Shown: positions 26,750 through 35,753 of the stretch, one piece after another
Numbering within the stretch: the first letter of the stretch is position 1
Layout of the letters: each line of letters opens with the position of its first letter
From: Thermoplasmata archaeon
GTDB taxonomy: Archaea > Thermoplasmatota > Thermoplasmata > Lutacidiplasmatales > UBA184
Reading direction: 5' to 3'
DNA: 64,000 bases
NCBI GenBank assembly: GCA_035502475.1
Contig: DATJUJ010000001.1
Coordinates: 27,907 to 91,906 of the forward strand
Notes under the pieces: model-generated
Seen by the model: only the letters and a program-made list of their open reading frames with translations
Databases searched by the model: none
Told to the model about the DNA's origin: nothing
Program-made: the position numbers and the translations under genes

Positions 26750-27430
26750 ATGGCCGACGCGCCGAAGCCCGAGCCGGTCTACACCCGGACCCTGTTCGGC
26801 CACCGGCGGCTCCAGACCTCGATCGCCGGCGAGGACCTCGGCCGCATCATCGCGCTGTCGGACGGCGTCTTCGCGTTCGCGCTCACCCTCCTCGTCCTGT
26901 CGCTGGCCGTGCCCTCGATCGCCGTCGTGCACACGAACGGTCAGCTCGGGGCCTCGCTCAACCAGGACCTCCCCACGTTCTTCGGCTACGCGTTCGCCTT
27001 CGTGATGATCGGCGTGTGGTGGATCGTCCACAACCGCACGTACCAGTACATCGTGCGCTTCGACAGCGCGCTCGTCTGGCTCAACATGGCGCTCCTCGCG
27101 CAGATCGCGGTGATGCCGTTCGTGCTCAGCGTCTACACGACCTACGCGAACAACCCGTACAACTTCCGGTACGCCGTCGACCTGTTCGCCGCGCTCCAGA
27201 TCACGCTCGGCATCACGACGACCAGCCTCTGGTTGTACGCCCGCCGGGCGGGGCTCACGAAGCCCGATCTGCCGGAACAGGTCTCCCACTATTTCGTCCG
27301 GCGCGGCTACCTGACGGCCGCCGTGTTCGCGCTCTCGATCGGGATCGCGTTCTACCGGGTCGACTGGGCGCAGTACTCGTGGGTCCTGATCTTCGTGGTC
27401 CAGCGCCTGCTGACGATCTCGGGCGACTAG
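26750..27430 (+). CDS. TMEM175/DUF1211 family membrane protein (putative K+ channel)
   Basis: 226 aa. RIIALSDGVFAFALTLLVL is the signature first helix, and there are about six hydrophobic helices. Confidence 0.8.
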   Translation: MADAPKPEPVYTRTLFGHRRLQTSIAGEDLGRIIALSDGVFAFALTLLVLSLAVPSIAVVHTNGQLGASLNQDLPTFFGYAFAFVMIGVWWIVHNRTYQYIVRFDSALVWLNMALLAQIAVMPFVLSVYTTYANNPYNFRYAVDLFAALQITLGITTTSLWLYARRAGLTKPDLPEQVSHYFVRRGYLTAAVFALSIGIAFYRVDWAQYSWVLIFVVQRLLTISGD

Positions 27431-27696
27431 CCCGGGGCGGCCGGGCCCGGAGGGGGGTTCGTCAGGATCCGGGCGCCTTCCCCCTTCGTGACGTAAACGT
27501 GGAGCGCGTCGCACGTGCCCCGGAAGTAGTCGCGCCCCTGAGCGCCGAAGGCGGAGCGCAGGCGCTCCGCGATCTCAGCGTCCGAGAGATCGGTTTCCAC
27601 GCGCGGCGAGAACTGGCAGCCGAAGACGAGGAACCGCCGCCCCTCGATCTCGAACCGGTCGGTCTCGGGCGCGCCGCAGAACGGGCAGGCGAGCAC
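27427..27696 (-). CDS. Small hypothetical protein with an N-terminal zinc-ribbon-like CPFC motif
   Basis: 89 aa, MLACPFCGAPETDRFEIEGRRFLVFGCQF. Co-directional with the RHH gene upstream. Its stop shares a CTAG with the convergent TMEM175 gene. Confidence 0.5.
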   Translation of the reverse strand: MLACPFCGAPETDRFEIEGRRFLVFGCQFSPRVETDLSDAEIAERLRSAFGAQGRDYFRGTCDALHVYVTKGEGARILTNPPPGPAAPG

Positions 27697-27744
27697 GGGC
27701 GCCTCACGGAGCCGGGCCCGATAACCGTTGCCGGCCCCCGGAGG

Positions 27745-27969
27745 CTAATCGATGTAGCCGAGGGAGCGGAGCCGCTCCTTGAGGTGCTGCTCGTCCTCGG
27801 CGCTGAACGCCCCGGCCCCGGGCTCCTCGGCGAGGCGGGCGAGCACGAAGGCGACGAACGCGTCCACGGACTCGAAGGAGCTCCCGCGCATGCGCCGCTC
27901 GAGCGCCCGGACGACCTCCTCCGGGATCCGGACGGTGCGCAGGGGCGTCGGGGTCGCGGCGTCGCTCAT
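27745..27969 (-). CDS. Ribbon-helix-helix (CopG-like) protein
   Basis: 74 aa. LRTVRIPEEVVRALERRM...VDAFVAFVLARLAEE shows a beta strand followed by two helices. Confidence 0.6.
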   Translation of the reverse strand: MSDAATPTPLRTVRIPEEVVRALERRMRGSSFESVDAFVAFVLARLAEEPGAGAFSAEDEQHLKERLRSLGYID

Positions 27970-28020
27970 CGGTCGATCGCGCGAGGTCCCTCGCCTCTTA
28001 GGGTCTTCGCCCGGGCGGGC

Positions 28021-28968
28021 TCACTCCCACTCGATCGTCGCCGGGGGCTTGTCGGTCACGTCGTAGAGCACGCGGACGACCTCCTGGGTGAGCTCGCGCG
28101 TGATCCGCTCCGCCATCCGGGCGAGGACCGCCCGCGGCACGTCCATCGCGACCGCCGACATGGCGTCGACCGAGTCGACCACGCGGACGCTCACTGCCTC
28201 GCCGTAGACGCGGTTGTCGCCCGTGACCCCCACCGTGCGGACCGGCAGCAGCACGGCGAAGTACTGCCACGGCCGCTTCATCGCGCCCGCGGCGACCGCC
28301 CGCTCGACCTCCTCCTCGACGATCGCGTTGGCGATCCGGGCCCGACGCACCCGATCGGGGGTCACCGGCCCGTTCACGCGGACCGCGAGCCCGGGACCGG
28401 GGAACGGCTGCCGGTCGGCCGCCGGGATGCCGAGGTGCCGCGCGACCGCGCGGACCTCGTCCTTGTAGAGGTCGCGGAGCGGCTCCACGAGGACGAGCCG
28501 GCTGTCCTTCGGGACGCCGCCGACGTTGTGGTGCGTCTTGATGGTGTCGCGGAGCGCGCCGCCGCTCTCGATCCAGTCGGGCGCGATCGTGCCCTGGACG
28601 AGCCGGTCGGTGCCGACCTTCGCGGCCTCGACCTCGAAGAGCCGGATGAACGTCTCCCCGATGCGGCGGCGCTTCTCCTCGGGTTCGACGACCCCGGCGA
28701 GCGCCGAAAAGAAGCGGTCGGCCGCGGGGAGGACCTCGAAGCGGAGCCCGCTCGCGCGGAAGAATGCGGAGACCGTCTCGACCTCGCCGGCGCGCAGGAG
28801 ACCGGTGTCGACGAAGATCGCCCGGGCGCGGTCGCCGAGCGCGCGCTCGGTCAGGAGCGCGGCGGTCGTGCTGTCGATGCCGCCCGAGGCGGCGATGATC
28901 GCCCGGCCCGGGACGTCCGCCCGGAGCTTCGCGATCGCCTCGTCGCAGAACCGCGCGGGGTCGATCAC
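28021..28968 (-). CDS. guaA: GMP synthase subunit B (ATP pyrophosphatase domain)
   Basis: IIAASGGIDSTTAALL (PP-loop) and a C-terminal KPPATIEWE. I preferred GTG 28968, which overlaps the purE stop (GTGA), over the track ATG 29007. Confidence 0.9.
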   Translation of the reverse strand: MIDPARFCDEAIAKLRADVPGRAIIAASGGIDSTTAALLTERALGDRARAIFVDTGLLRAGEVETVSAFFRASGLRFEVLPAADRFFSALAGVVEPEEKRRRIGETFIRLFEVEAAKVGTDRLVQGTIAPDWIESGGALRDTIKTHHNVGGVPKDSRLVLVEPLRDLYKDEVRAVARHLGIPAADRQPFPGPGLAVRVNGPVTPDRVRRARIANAIVEEEVERAVAAGAMKRPWQYFAVLLPVRTVGVTGDNRVYGEAVSVRVVDSVDAMSAVAMDVPRAVLARMAERITRELTQEVVRVLYDVTDKPPATIEWE

Positions 28969-29426
28969 GGATTCGGACCGGCGGGGGGAGCGGGCTCCTC
29001 GCGCCACTTCGCGCGGTACGCCTCGAGCCCGGCGAGGACCTCGGGGTACTTCATCGCGAGGATCTCGGCGGCGAGCAGCGCGGCGTTCTCGGCGGCGTCG
29101 AGGCCGACGGACGCCACCGGGATCCCCGGCGGCATCTGGACGACCGACAGGAGGCTGTCGAGCCCGAGCCCCCGGTGGAGCGGGACCCCGACGACCGGCT
29201 TCAGCGTCCGGGCCGCGACGACCCCGGGGAGCGCGGCCGAGAGACCGGCCATGGCGACGAAGACGTCGGTCTCGGGGTCGCGCACCAGTCGGTCCACCTT
29301 GTCCGGGTTGCGGTGGGCCGAGGCGACGTGCACCTCGCAGGGGATCCGAAGGTCCCCCAGGCGGGCGCGCACCTTCTCGGCGATCTCGAGGTCCGACTTG
29401 CTGCCGACCAGGACCGTGACCTTCAC
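28965..29426 (-). CDS. purE: PurE (N5-CAIR mutase / AIR carboxylase family)
   Basis: VKVTVLVGSKSDLEIAEKV...VASAHRNPDKV...AMAGLSAALPGVVA. GTG start at 29426. The 180-aa R/A/G-rich N-terminal part of the track ORF is rejected. Confidence 0.9.
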   Translation of the reverse strand: MKVTVLVGSKSDLEIAEKVRARLGDLRIPCEVHVASAHRNPDKVDRLVRDPETDVFVAMAGLSAALPGVVAARTLKPVVGVPLHRGLGLDSLLSVVQMPPGIPVASVGLDAAENAALLAAEILAMKYPEVLAGLEAYRAKWREEPAPPAGPNP

Positions 29427-29512
29427 GGCCCGGAGCGAGGCGCGTCGAGAGAAAACCCTTGGGGCCGCCGGCCCCGCACCTTCATACCCGACGGGACGAC
29501 TCCCGGGCTCGA

Positions 29513-30166
29513 ATGGACCTCCGGCTGCACCGTCACGGCCGGTTCCGACGGTGGCTCGGAGCCCAGCTCGGCGGCGACGAAGCGCTCGGCGACCGGGTCT
29601 GGCGCCGCGTGCTGCACGCCCTCGGGGCGGCCGCGGTCGTCTACTACGTCCTCCCGGAGAACTTCTTTCTCGGGGTGCCGAAGCCGTACGTGCTCCTCGC
29701 CGTGCTCGCGGCGGTGCTGCTCCTCGAGCTCCTCCGGCACCTCGCGGGCCTCGAGCTGCCCACGCTCCGACCGTACGAGCGCGCACGCATCGGGAGCTAC
29801 GCGCTCTACAGCATCGCGCTCTGCGCCGCGCTGCTCCTCCCGCCGATGCCGATCGGTGCGGCCGTGATCCTCGGCACGGCGATCGTCGATCCCGTCGCGG
29901 GCGAGCTCCGGGCGAGCCCGTCGCGCCGGCGGCTCGGGCCAGGGCTCCCGTTCGCCCTCTACGCCGGGCTCGCATTCCTCGGCCTCGCCGTGCTGGGGGG
30001 CTGGCCGGTGGCCGACTCGGCCGGCCTCGCGGTCGTCGCCGCGGCCCTCGCGGTCGTCGTCGAGGGCCCGACGGTCCGGTGGATGGACGACGACCTCGCG
30101 ATGATCCTGGTGCCGGCGCTCGCGCTCTACCTGATCGCGTGGCTCGCGCTCGGGCTCGTCGGCTAG
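29513..30166 (+). CDS. Polytopic membrane protein, dolichol/polyprenol kinase-like (CDS/SEC59 superfamily)
   Basis: Multiple hydrophobic helices plus a C-proximal GTAIVDPVAGELRA (a D-x2-A-x3-like motif). The family call is tentative, and the start may be 29459 (TTG). Confidence 0.45.
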   Translation: MDLRLHRHGRFRRWLGAQLGGDEALGDRVWRRVLHALGAAAVVYYVLPENFFLGVPKPYVLLAVLAAVLLLELLRHLAGLELPTLRPYERARIGSYALYSIALCAALLLPPMPIGAAVILGTAIVDPVAGELRASPSRRRLGPGLPFALYAGLAFLGLAVLGGWPVADSAGLAVVAAALAVVVEGPTVRWMDDDLAMILVPALALYLIAWLALGLVG

Positions 30167-30182
30167 GCCGTTGCGCCCCGCC

Positions 30183-31727
30183 CTAGACGACGGGCGTCAG
30201 GACGGCGTGGGGCGCGCCCTTCTCGGGGTCCGGGCTGATCGCGTAGATCGTCGTGCGCGGCCGGATCCCGTAGATGCACGGGGCGTTGTCGATGTTGATG
30301 ATGCGGAAGTACGTGTCCATCATGTTGAGGATCTCGCTCGAGACCAGCAGCCCGGGTTTGAGGAGCCCGATGCCCAGGTTCCCGACGTGCTTCGTCCGGG
30401 CGACGCCCTGGAAGTACATCCGGATCGCGATCTGGTCGCCCATCAGGCTCTCGAACGTGTCGAACGCGGTGTACTCGATGAACGGCTTGCGGTCGGGGCC
30501 CGCGACCGCCTTCTCGGCGGTCACCATCGCGCGCGTCGCCTCGTCGCGGCCGTAGCGCGCCATCGGCAGGATGTACGGATCCTCCGTCTCGTTCGCGGTG
30601 TAGTCGGGGATCCGGACGCGCGTGTCGAACTGGTTCGGCGGGATGTGCCGCACCAGCGTGTCGCGCAGCTTCTCCGGGGATTCGCCGCCCGCGAGCACCG
30701 CGATGATGCCGCGGCCCTGGCTCAGGAAGTTGAGGAACGTCGGCGTGAACAGCATGTAGTAGTCGTCGATCCCCACGTTGACGTCGACCTCGAACGCGTT
30801 GAAGCTGCCGCGGCGCAGCCCGCCGCCCAGGAGGGTGTCGAAGTCGGGGATCCCCGTCGAGTAGTGCCGCTCGGGATCCGGGTACGGCTTCCAGGCCCCC
30901 GAGCCCGCCGGCGCGTTGCCGGCCCGCTCGGACCCGAGCGCCTCGAAGCGGCCGCCGTTCAAGGTCACGGCGTACCGGGCGCGCCCGATGTTCGTGGCCC
31001 GCAGCTTCTCGAGCCGCAGGTGCCGCACGCGGCGCTCGTCGAGCTCCTCGCGCTGGATCGAGATGAGGCCGTCGACGAGGTACTCGATGCCGCCGGCCTC
31101 GGGTTTCTCGAGGATCATGACGACGTCCGAGCTCGACCCCTCGACGAGGTCCTTCTGGAGCGCCATCACGAACTCTTCCATCTCGAGACCGTACTTGTGG
31201 GTCACCCCCTCGAGCGAGTCGATGACGAGCAGCGACTTCTCGGGGAGGTTGCGCTCGATGCGGTTGTAGACGTTCTCGACCTCGGGCATCGGGCTCCGCT
31301 TGAGGAGCGCCTGGAGGTGCGAGCGGTCGACCCGCGTCGGCGGCCCCCGTTCCTGGCCGAAGCTCCCGAGCACCTCGCGGCCGGCCCGGATCTTCTTCTG
31401 CTCCGACTCCGGGAGCTCGGGCTCGCGGCTCTTGCCGCCGGCGCTGATGGCGTCGAGGAACAGCTTCGCGGAGTCGAGGACCCGCGAGCGCATCTCGGTC
31501 GTGCGCAGCCACGGGAACTGGCGGTACAATGCCTCATCGCCGACCCGCGTCGAAAGATAGTACGAGCGGTTCGGCTGACCGACGCGCTCGAGCAGCTCCA
31601 GTCCGAACGTCGTCTTTCCCGTACCGGCCCCGCCCTTGATGATCAGCGAGCGCCCGCCCTTGCCGCTCAGGAACGCGACGACCTCCGGGGGAACGCCCCC
31701 TACGGTGCTTCCGTCACTCGCAGTCAT
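30183..31727 (-). CDS. RecA-superfamily (KaiC/GvpD-like) two-domain ATPase
   Basis: About 514 aa. PPEVVAFLSGKGGRSLIIKGGAGTGKTTFGLELLERV is the Walker A, VIDSLEG is Walker B-like, and the second domain lacks an obvious P-loop. GTG at 31745 is an alternative start. Confidence 0.65.
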   Translation of the reverse strand: MTASDGSTVGGVPPEVVAFLSGKGGRSLIIKGGAGTGKTTFGLELLERVGQPNRSYYLSTRVGDEALYRQFPWLRTTEMRSRVLDSAKLFLDAISAGGKSREPELPESEQKKIRAGREVLGSFGQERGPPTRVDRSHLQALLKRSPMPEVENVYNRIERNLPEKSLLVIDSLEGVTHKYGLEMEEFVMALQKDLVEGSSSDVVMILEKPEAGGIEYLVDGLISIQREELDERRVRHLRLEKLRATNIGRARYAVTLNGGRFEALGSERAGNAPAGSGAWKPYPDPERHYSTGIPDFDTLLGGGLRRGSFNAFEVDVNVGIDDYYMLFTPTFLNFLSQGRGIIAVLAGGESPEKLRDTLVRHIPPNQFDTRVRIPDYTANETEDPYILPMARYGRDEATRAMVTAEKAVAGPDRKPFIEYTAFDTFESLMGDQIAIRMYFQGVARTKHVGNLGIGLLKPGLLVSSEILNMMDTYFRIINIDNAPCIYGIRPRTTIYAISPDPEKGAPHAVLTPVV

Positions 31728-31851
31728 GGGATCCTCGGACCGCACGGACGGCCCGGGCTCCGAAGGCCCTGAGCCCCATCCTGAGGTCCGGGCCCTTCAT
31801 GGGCACGTTCGGAACGTAAAGGTTTCGCACCCCAAGACACGCGGGCCCCGG

Positions 31852-34410
31852 TCATGCGGTCGCCGCCCGCCGCGCCTCGGCGCGGGCCGCTTCGAGCGCT
31901 TGCGCGAGCGGCGCCCCCGGCTCGCCGACCGCCGTGGCCGCCGCCGGATTCCCCCCGCCGCGGCCCCCAAAGACGGGGCGGGCCGCTTCGACGAGCGCGT
32001 TCGCCGCCACTTTCGCGGACGTGGAGCCGACGAACAGCGTCCCCTTGCCCTCCTGCTCGCCGGTGAGGATCGCCACGCGGTCCGGCGCCCGCGTGAGGAG
32101 GCGCGAGAGCTCCATGAGCCCCGCGCGGTCGAGCTGGGTCGCGGCCGCGGCGACCGTGATCCCGGCGATCTGCTCGGTCGCCTCCGCGAGCAGCCGGGCC
32201 GCGACGGCCCCGAGGTCGTCCTTGCGGCGGTCCCGCGTGGCGCGTCGTCCCTCCTCGATCTCGCCGAGCAGTCGGTCGATCCCCTCCGGCAGCTGGGTCA
32301 CGGGGACGCCGAGCCGTCGGGACGCCTCCTTGAGGATCTCCTCGTGCTCCTCGCGGAGATCGAGCGCGCGCTCGCCGCTCGCGAAGATGAGCCGCACGAT
32401 CCCGTCCTGGATCCGGTCGGTGTCGAGGAGGGCGATCGCGCCGACCTCGCTCGTGTGGGTGCAGTGGGTGCCCCCGCACGCCTCGACGTCGAAGCCCGGG
32501 ACCTCCACGACCCGCAGCTCGCGCCCGGGCACCGCGCCGCCCTGGTAGAGCGTGAACCCGAACCGGCGCTCCGCCTCCCCGCGCGACTCGAAGTAGCTCT
32601 TCACCGGACGGTCCTCGCGGACGATCTGGTTGGCCCGGCGCTCGACCCGGTGGAGTTCCTCCTTCGAGAGGGCCCGGAAGTGCGTGATGTCGATCCGCGC
32701 CGCCTCCGGTCCCTTGTAGGCCCCGGCCTGCCAGACGTGCGGTCCGAGCACTTCCCGGAGGGCGCCGTTGAGCAGGTGCGTCGCGGTGTGGTGCTGCATC
32801 AGCTGGGTGCGGCGGCCCGCGTCGATGCGCCCGTGGACGCGCTCGCCCGCGCGCCAGGGGGCCTCCCGCTCGAGGCGGTGGAGGACCCACGGCCCGCGGC
32901 GTTCGACGTCGACCACGGCCCGATCCCCGAGGGCGCCCTTGTCCGTCACCTGCCCGCCGCCGGTCGGATAGAAGTACGTGCGGTCCAGCGCGACGAACGG
33001 GCCGTGGCTCCAGACGACGTGGGCGTCGAAGGCGACCGTGTACGGGTCGAGGTAGTACAGCACTTCGGTCGGGGGCACGGTCGCCGGCACCTCCGGGAGC
33101 CCTTCGGTCACCTCCGCGTAGTCCGTCGCGGGGGCCTCGCCTTCGTGCCGGGCGGCGACCTGGGCGTAGAACCCCTCGGGGATCGGCGGCGGTTGCTTCA
33201 GCTCCTCGACGGCGAGGTCCGGCGGCACGCCGAGGGAGTCGTACCACGTGAGGAGGTCCTCGCCGGTGATGCGCGAGCCGGCGGCGAGCGCCTTCTCCTC
33301 CTGCCGACGGATCGTCTGTCGGGCCCGCTCGATCGCTTCCTGGAACCGCTCCGCCTCCGCGGCGACGACCCGGTGGAGATCGTCCCGGTGCTCCCCGATC
33401 TCGGGGAAGTGGCGGGCGAGGTCCCGCGCCGATCGGTCGAGGATCGCGACGAGCTCGGGCGCCTCGGGGGTCTTCTGCAGGATCCGGATCGAGCGGCGGA
33501 TCAGCAGCCGCGCGAAGTAGCCGGCCTTGCTGTTCGACGGGACGATCCCGTCGGTGAGCATGAAGTTCACCGAGCGCGCGTGGTCGAGGAGGATCGCCGC
33601 GTCGGCGGCCGAGAACGTTCGGCGCATCTCCTCGAACGTCTCCCCGAAGACCGCCTCGTACGCGGTCCGCGTGCCGCGGCTCGCCCAGACGAACCGCTCG
33701 AGGCCGTAGCCGGTGTCGACGACCGTGAGCGGCATCGGCTTGAGGGCGTCGCCGTCGCGCACGTACTCCATGAAGACGAGCGTCGCGAGCTCGAGCCCCG
33801 AGGCGCCGACGCTGAGCGACGGCCCCAGGTTGCCGCCGCCCTCCCAGACCTCCTCCTTGTACGTGATCGCCCGCGCGTCGAGCCCGAGCGTCTCCGTGAG
33901 GAGCTCGTGGCACAGCTCGGCGCACCGCTCCTTGAAGTAGACCTCGTGGTCGGGGCGGTTGAAGGCGTGGTGCGCCATCATCTCGAACGTCGTGAAGTGA
34001 CGTCCGCTCCGCGGGATCTCTTCGAGGTCGTTGAACCGCAGGCACGGCTGGCTGATCGTGAGCGGGTTCGCCGGGGGCGGGATCGCCCCGCTGGTCACCC
34101 ACGGCTGGAAGTCGTAGATCGATGCCTGCACGAAGAACACGTCGTTGCGCCACCGGGCGACGGTCGGATACCGGCGGACCCGGGTGTGGCCGCGCTGCTC
34201 GAAGAACCCGAGGTACGTCTCCCGCATCGAGTCGAGCGACTGCGGTCGGGCGAAGATCGGCTTCCCGAGGAACCCGTACTCCACGCACGGGGCCTCCTGG
34301 CAGCGGTGGTGGTCGCCGAGGGTCCAGAATGCGTGGCCGCAGCCGGAGCACGTCCGCCGGTGGAACCCGTTCCGGTGGAAGAACGCGAGGTCGTACTCCG
34401 CATCGTCCAT
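31852..34410 (-). CDS. alaS: Alanine--tRNA ligase
   Basis: MDDAEYDLAFFHRNGFHRRTCSGCGHAFWTL is an archaeal AlaRS N-terminus. HHTATHLL and CGGTHC mark the editing domain. I chose the internal ATG at 34410. Confidence 0.93.
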   Translation of the reverse strand: MDDAEYDLAFFHRNGFHRRTCSGCGHAFWTLGDHHRCQEAPCVEYGFLGKPIFARPQSLDSMRETYLGFFEQRGHTRVRRYPTVARWRNDVFFVQASIYDFQPWVTSGAIPPPANPLTISQPCLRFNDLEEIPRSGRHFTTFEMMAHHAFNRPDHEVYFKERCAELCHELLTETLGLDARAITYKEEVWEGGGNLGPSLSVGASGLELATLVFMEYVRDGDALKPMPLTVVDTGYGLERFVWASRGTRTAYEAVFGETFEEMRRTFSAADAAILLDHARSVNFMLTDGIVPSNSKAGYFARLLIRRSIRILQKTPEAPELVAILDRSARDLARHFPEIGEHRDDLHRVVAAEAERFQEAIERARQTIRRQEEKALAAGSRITGEDLLTWYDSLGVPPDLAVEELKQPPPIPEGFYAQVAARHEGEAPATDYAEVTEGLPEVPATVPPTEVLYYLDPYTVAFDAHVVWSHGPFVALDRTYFYPTGGGQVTDKGALGDRAVVDVERRGPWVLHRLEREAPWRAGERVHGRIDAGRRTQLMQHHTATHLLNGALREVLGPHVWQAGAYKGPEAARIDITHFRALSKEELHRVERRANQIVREDRPVKSYFESRGEAERRFGFTLYQGGAVPGRELRVVEVPGFDVEACGGTHCTHTSEVGAIALLDTDRIQDGIVRLIFASGERALDLREEHEEILKEASRRLGVPVTQLPEGIDRLLGEIEEGRRATRDRRKDDLGAVAARLLAEATEQIAGITVAAAATQLDRAGLMELSRLLTRAPDRVAILTGEQEGKGTLFVGSTSAKVAANALVEAARPVFGGRGGGNPAAATAVGEPGAPLAQALEAARAEARRAATA

Positions 34411-34445
34411 GAACGGTCGCCGACGCCCCTCCCCCCTAAAACCGT

Positions 34446-35753
34446 TTGGCGAATCCCCGCGGGGCCCGCCGCCCGGCCGGCCGCGGTCGGGCGGATGAGG
34501 CGGTCGGAGCGGTGGCGACGGGGAACGGGGCAAGCGGGCTCGACCGGTCCGCGGTGCTGCGGGCGACGATCGTCCTGATCGCCCTGCGGGTCGCCTACGC
34601 GTACAACTGGTTCGACGTCGGCCCGGCGCTGCTGCCCATCGGCGCCGCCTTCTCGGTGGGCCCGGCGGAGTTCGGCCTCCTCACGGCCGCGTTCCTCGTC
34701 GGGGCGGGCCTGCTCCAGGTACCGGCCGGGTTCCTCGCGCGGCGCTTCGGACCCCGCAGCGTCTCCCTCTGGGGGGCGGGGCTCCTCGCGGTCGGCGGCA
34801 TCGCGAGCGGCCTCGCCCCGTCGTTCCCCACCCTGCTCGCGTTCCGTCTCGCCGCCGGGTTCGGGGCCGCGCTGTTCTTCTCTCCGGCGATCGGCCTCGT
34901 CGCGAGCCTCTACCCGCCCGGGCACCGGGGGCTCCCCGTCGGCACCTTCAGCTCCGCGTTCAGCCTCGGCTCGGCGCTGGGCGTGTTCGTGACCGCCCTC
35001 CTGATCCCACCGCTCGGGTGGCGCAACTCGCTCGTGCTCGGCGGGGCCCTGCTCGGCGTCCTCACGGTAATCGCCGTGTTCGCGATCCCGCGCGGCGCGG
35101 GCGCCCGCCCGGTCGCCCGACCCTCGGGCGGGCTCCCGGCCGCGCTGCGGTACCGGGGGGTCTGGGCGGTCGGGTTCGCGTTCATCGGACTCGAGGGCGC
35201 CTCCTTCGCGACGGGCCAGTTCATCGTGCCGTGGGGCCAGGTCGTGCACGGCTGGTCGCTCGCGCTCGCGGGCGCGGTCGGGACCGCCTTCGTGCTCCCG
35301 AGCCTGTTCGGCGGCCCGGTCGGCGGACCGATCGCGGAACGGTTCCGGAACCACCGGACCCAGTTCCTGGTCGCCACCGTCCTCGGCGCGGTCCTCCTGG
35401 CCCTGCTGCCGTTCGTCGGGCTCGTCGAGATCGTGGCGATCGGCGTCGTCTTCTCGTTCGGCTACGGGTTCGTCTACGCCGTGATGTACGTGCTCCCCCA
35501 CTTCTGGCGGTCGGTGCCGAGCGCGGAGATCCCGCTCGCGATCGGGCTGTTCAACTCGATCCAGCTCGCCGGCGGCGCGCTGGTGCTGTTCCTGTTCGGC
35601 TGGATCGTCGCGGCGACGTCGTACTCCGTCGGCTGGGAGGTGATCGCGGGGGTGACCGCCGCGACGCTCGCCGCCCTGGTCTCGCTGCCCGCGACCGTGC
35701 GCGCGGCCGCGGCGGCCGGTCCTCCGCTCGCGGGGGGTCCCGGCCCGCCCTGA
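34446..35753 (+). CDS. MFS transporter
   Basis: About 12 hydrophobic helices and an MFS loop motif, GFLARRFGPR. The start is uncertain; downstream in-frame GTGs are possible. Confidence 0.8.
   Translation: MANPRGARRPAGRGRADEAVGAVATGNGASGLDRSAVLRATIVLIALRVAYAYNWFDVGPALLPIGAAFSVGPAEFGLLTAAFLVGAGLLQVPAGFLARRFGPRSVSLWGAGLLAVGGIASGLAPSFPTLLAFRLAAGFGAALFFSPAIGLVASLYPPGHRGLPVGTFSSAFSLGSALGVFVTALLIPPLGWRNSLVLGGALLGVLTVIAVFAIPRGAGARPVARPSGGLPAALRYRGVWAVGFAFIGLEGASFATGQFIVPWGQVVHGWSLALAGAVGTAFVLPSLFGGPVGGPIAERFRNHRTQFLVATVLGAVLLALLPFVGLVEIVAIGVVFSFGYGFVYAVMYVLPHFWRSVPSAEIPLAIGLFNSIQLAGGALVLFLFGWIVAATSYSVGWEVIAGVTAATLAALVSLPATVRAAAAAGPPLAGGPGPP

Noticed and set aside
28965-29975. 336-aa version of PurE with a 180-aa N-terminal extension
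   Set aside because: The extension is Arg/Ala/Gly-rich shadow that overlaps the divergent membrane-protein gene region. The canonical PurE N-terminus (VKVTVLVGSKSD) begins at GTG 29426.
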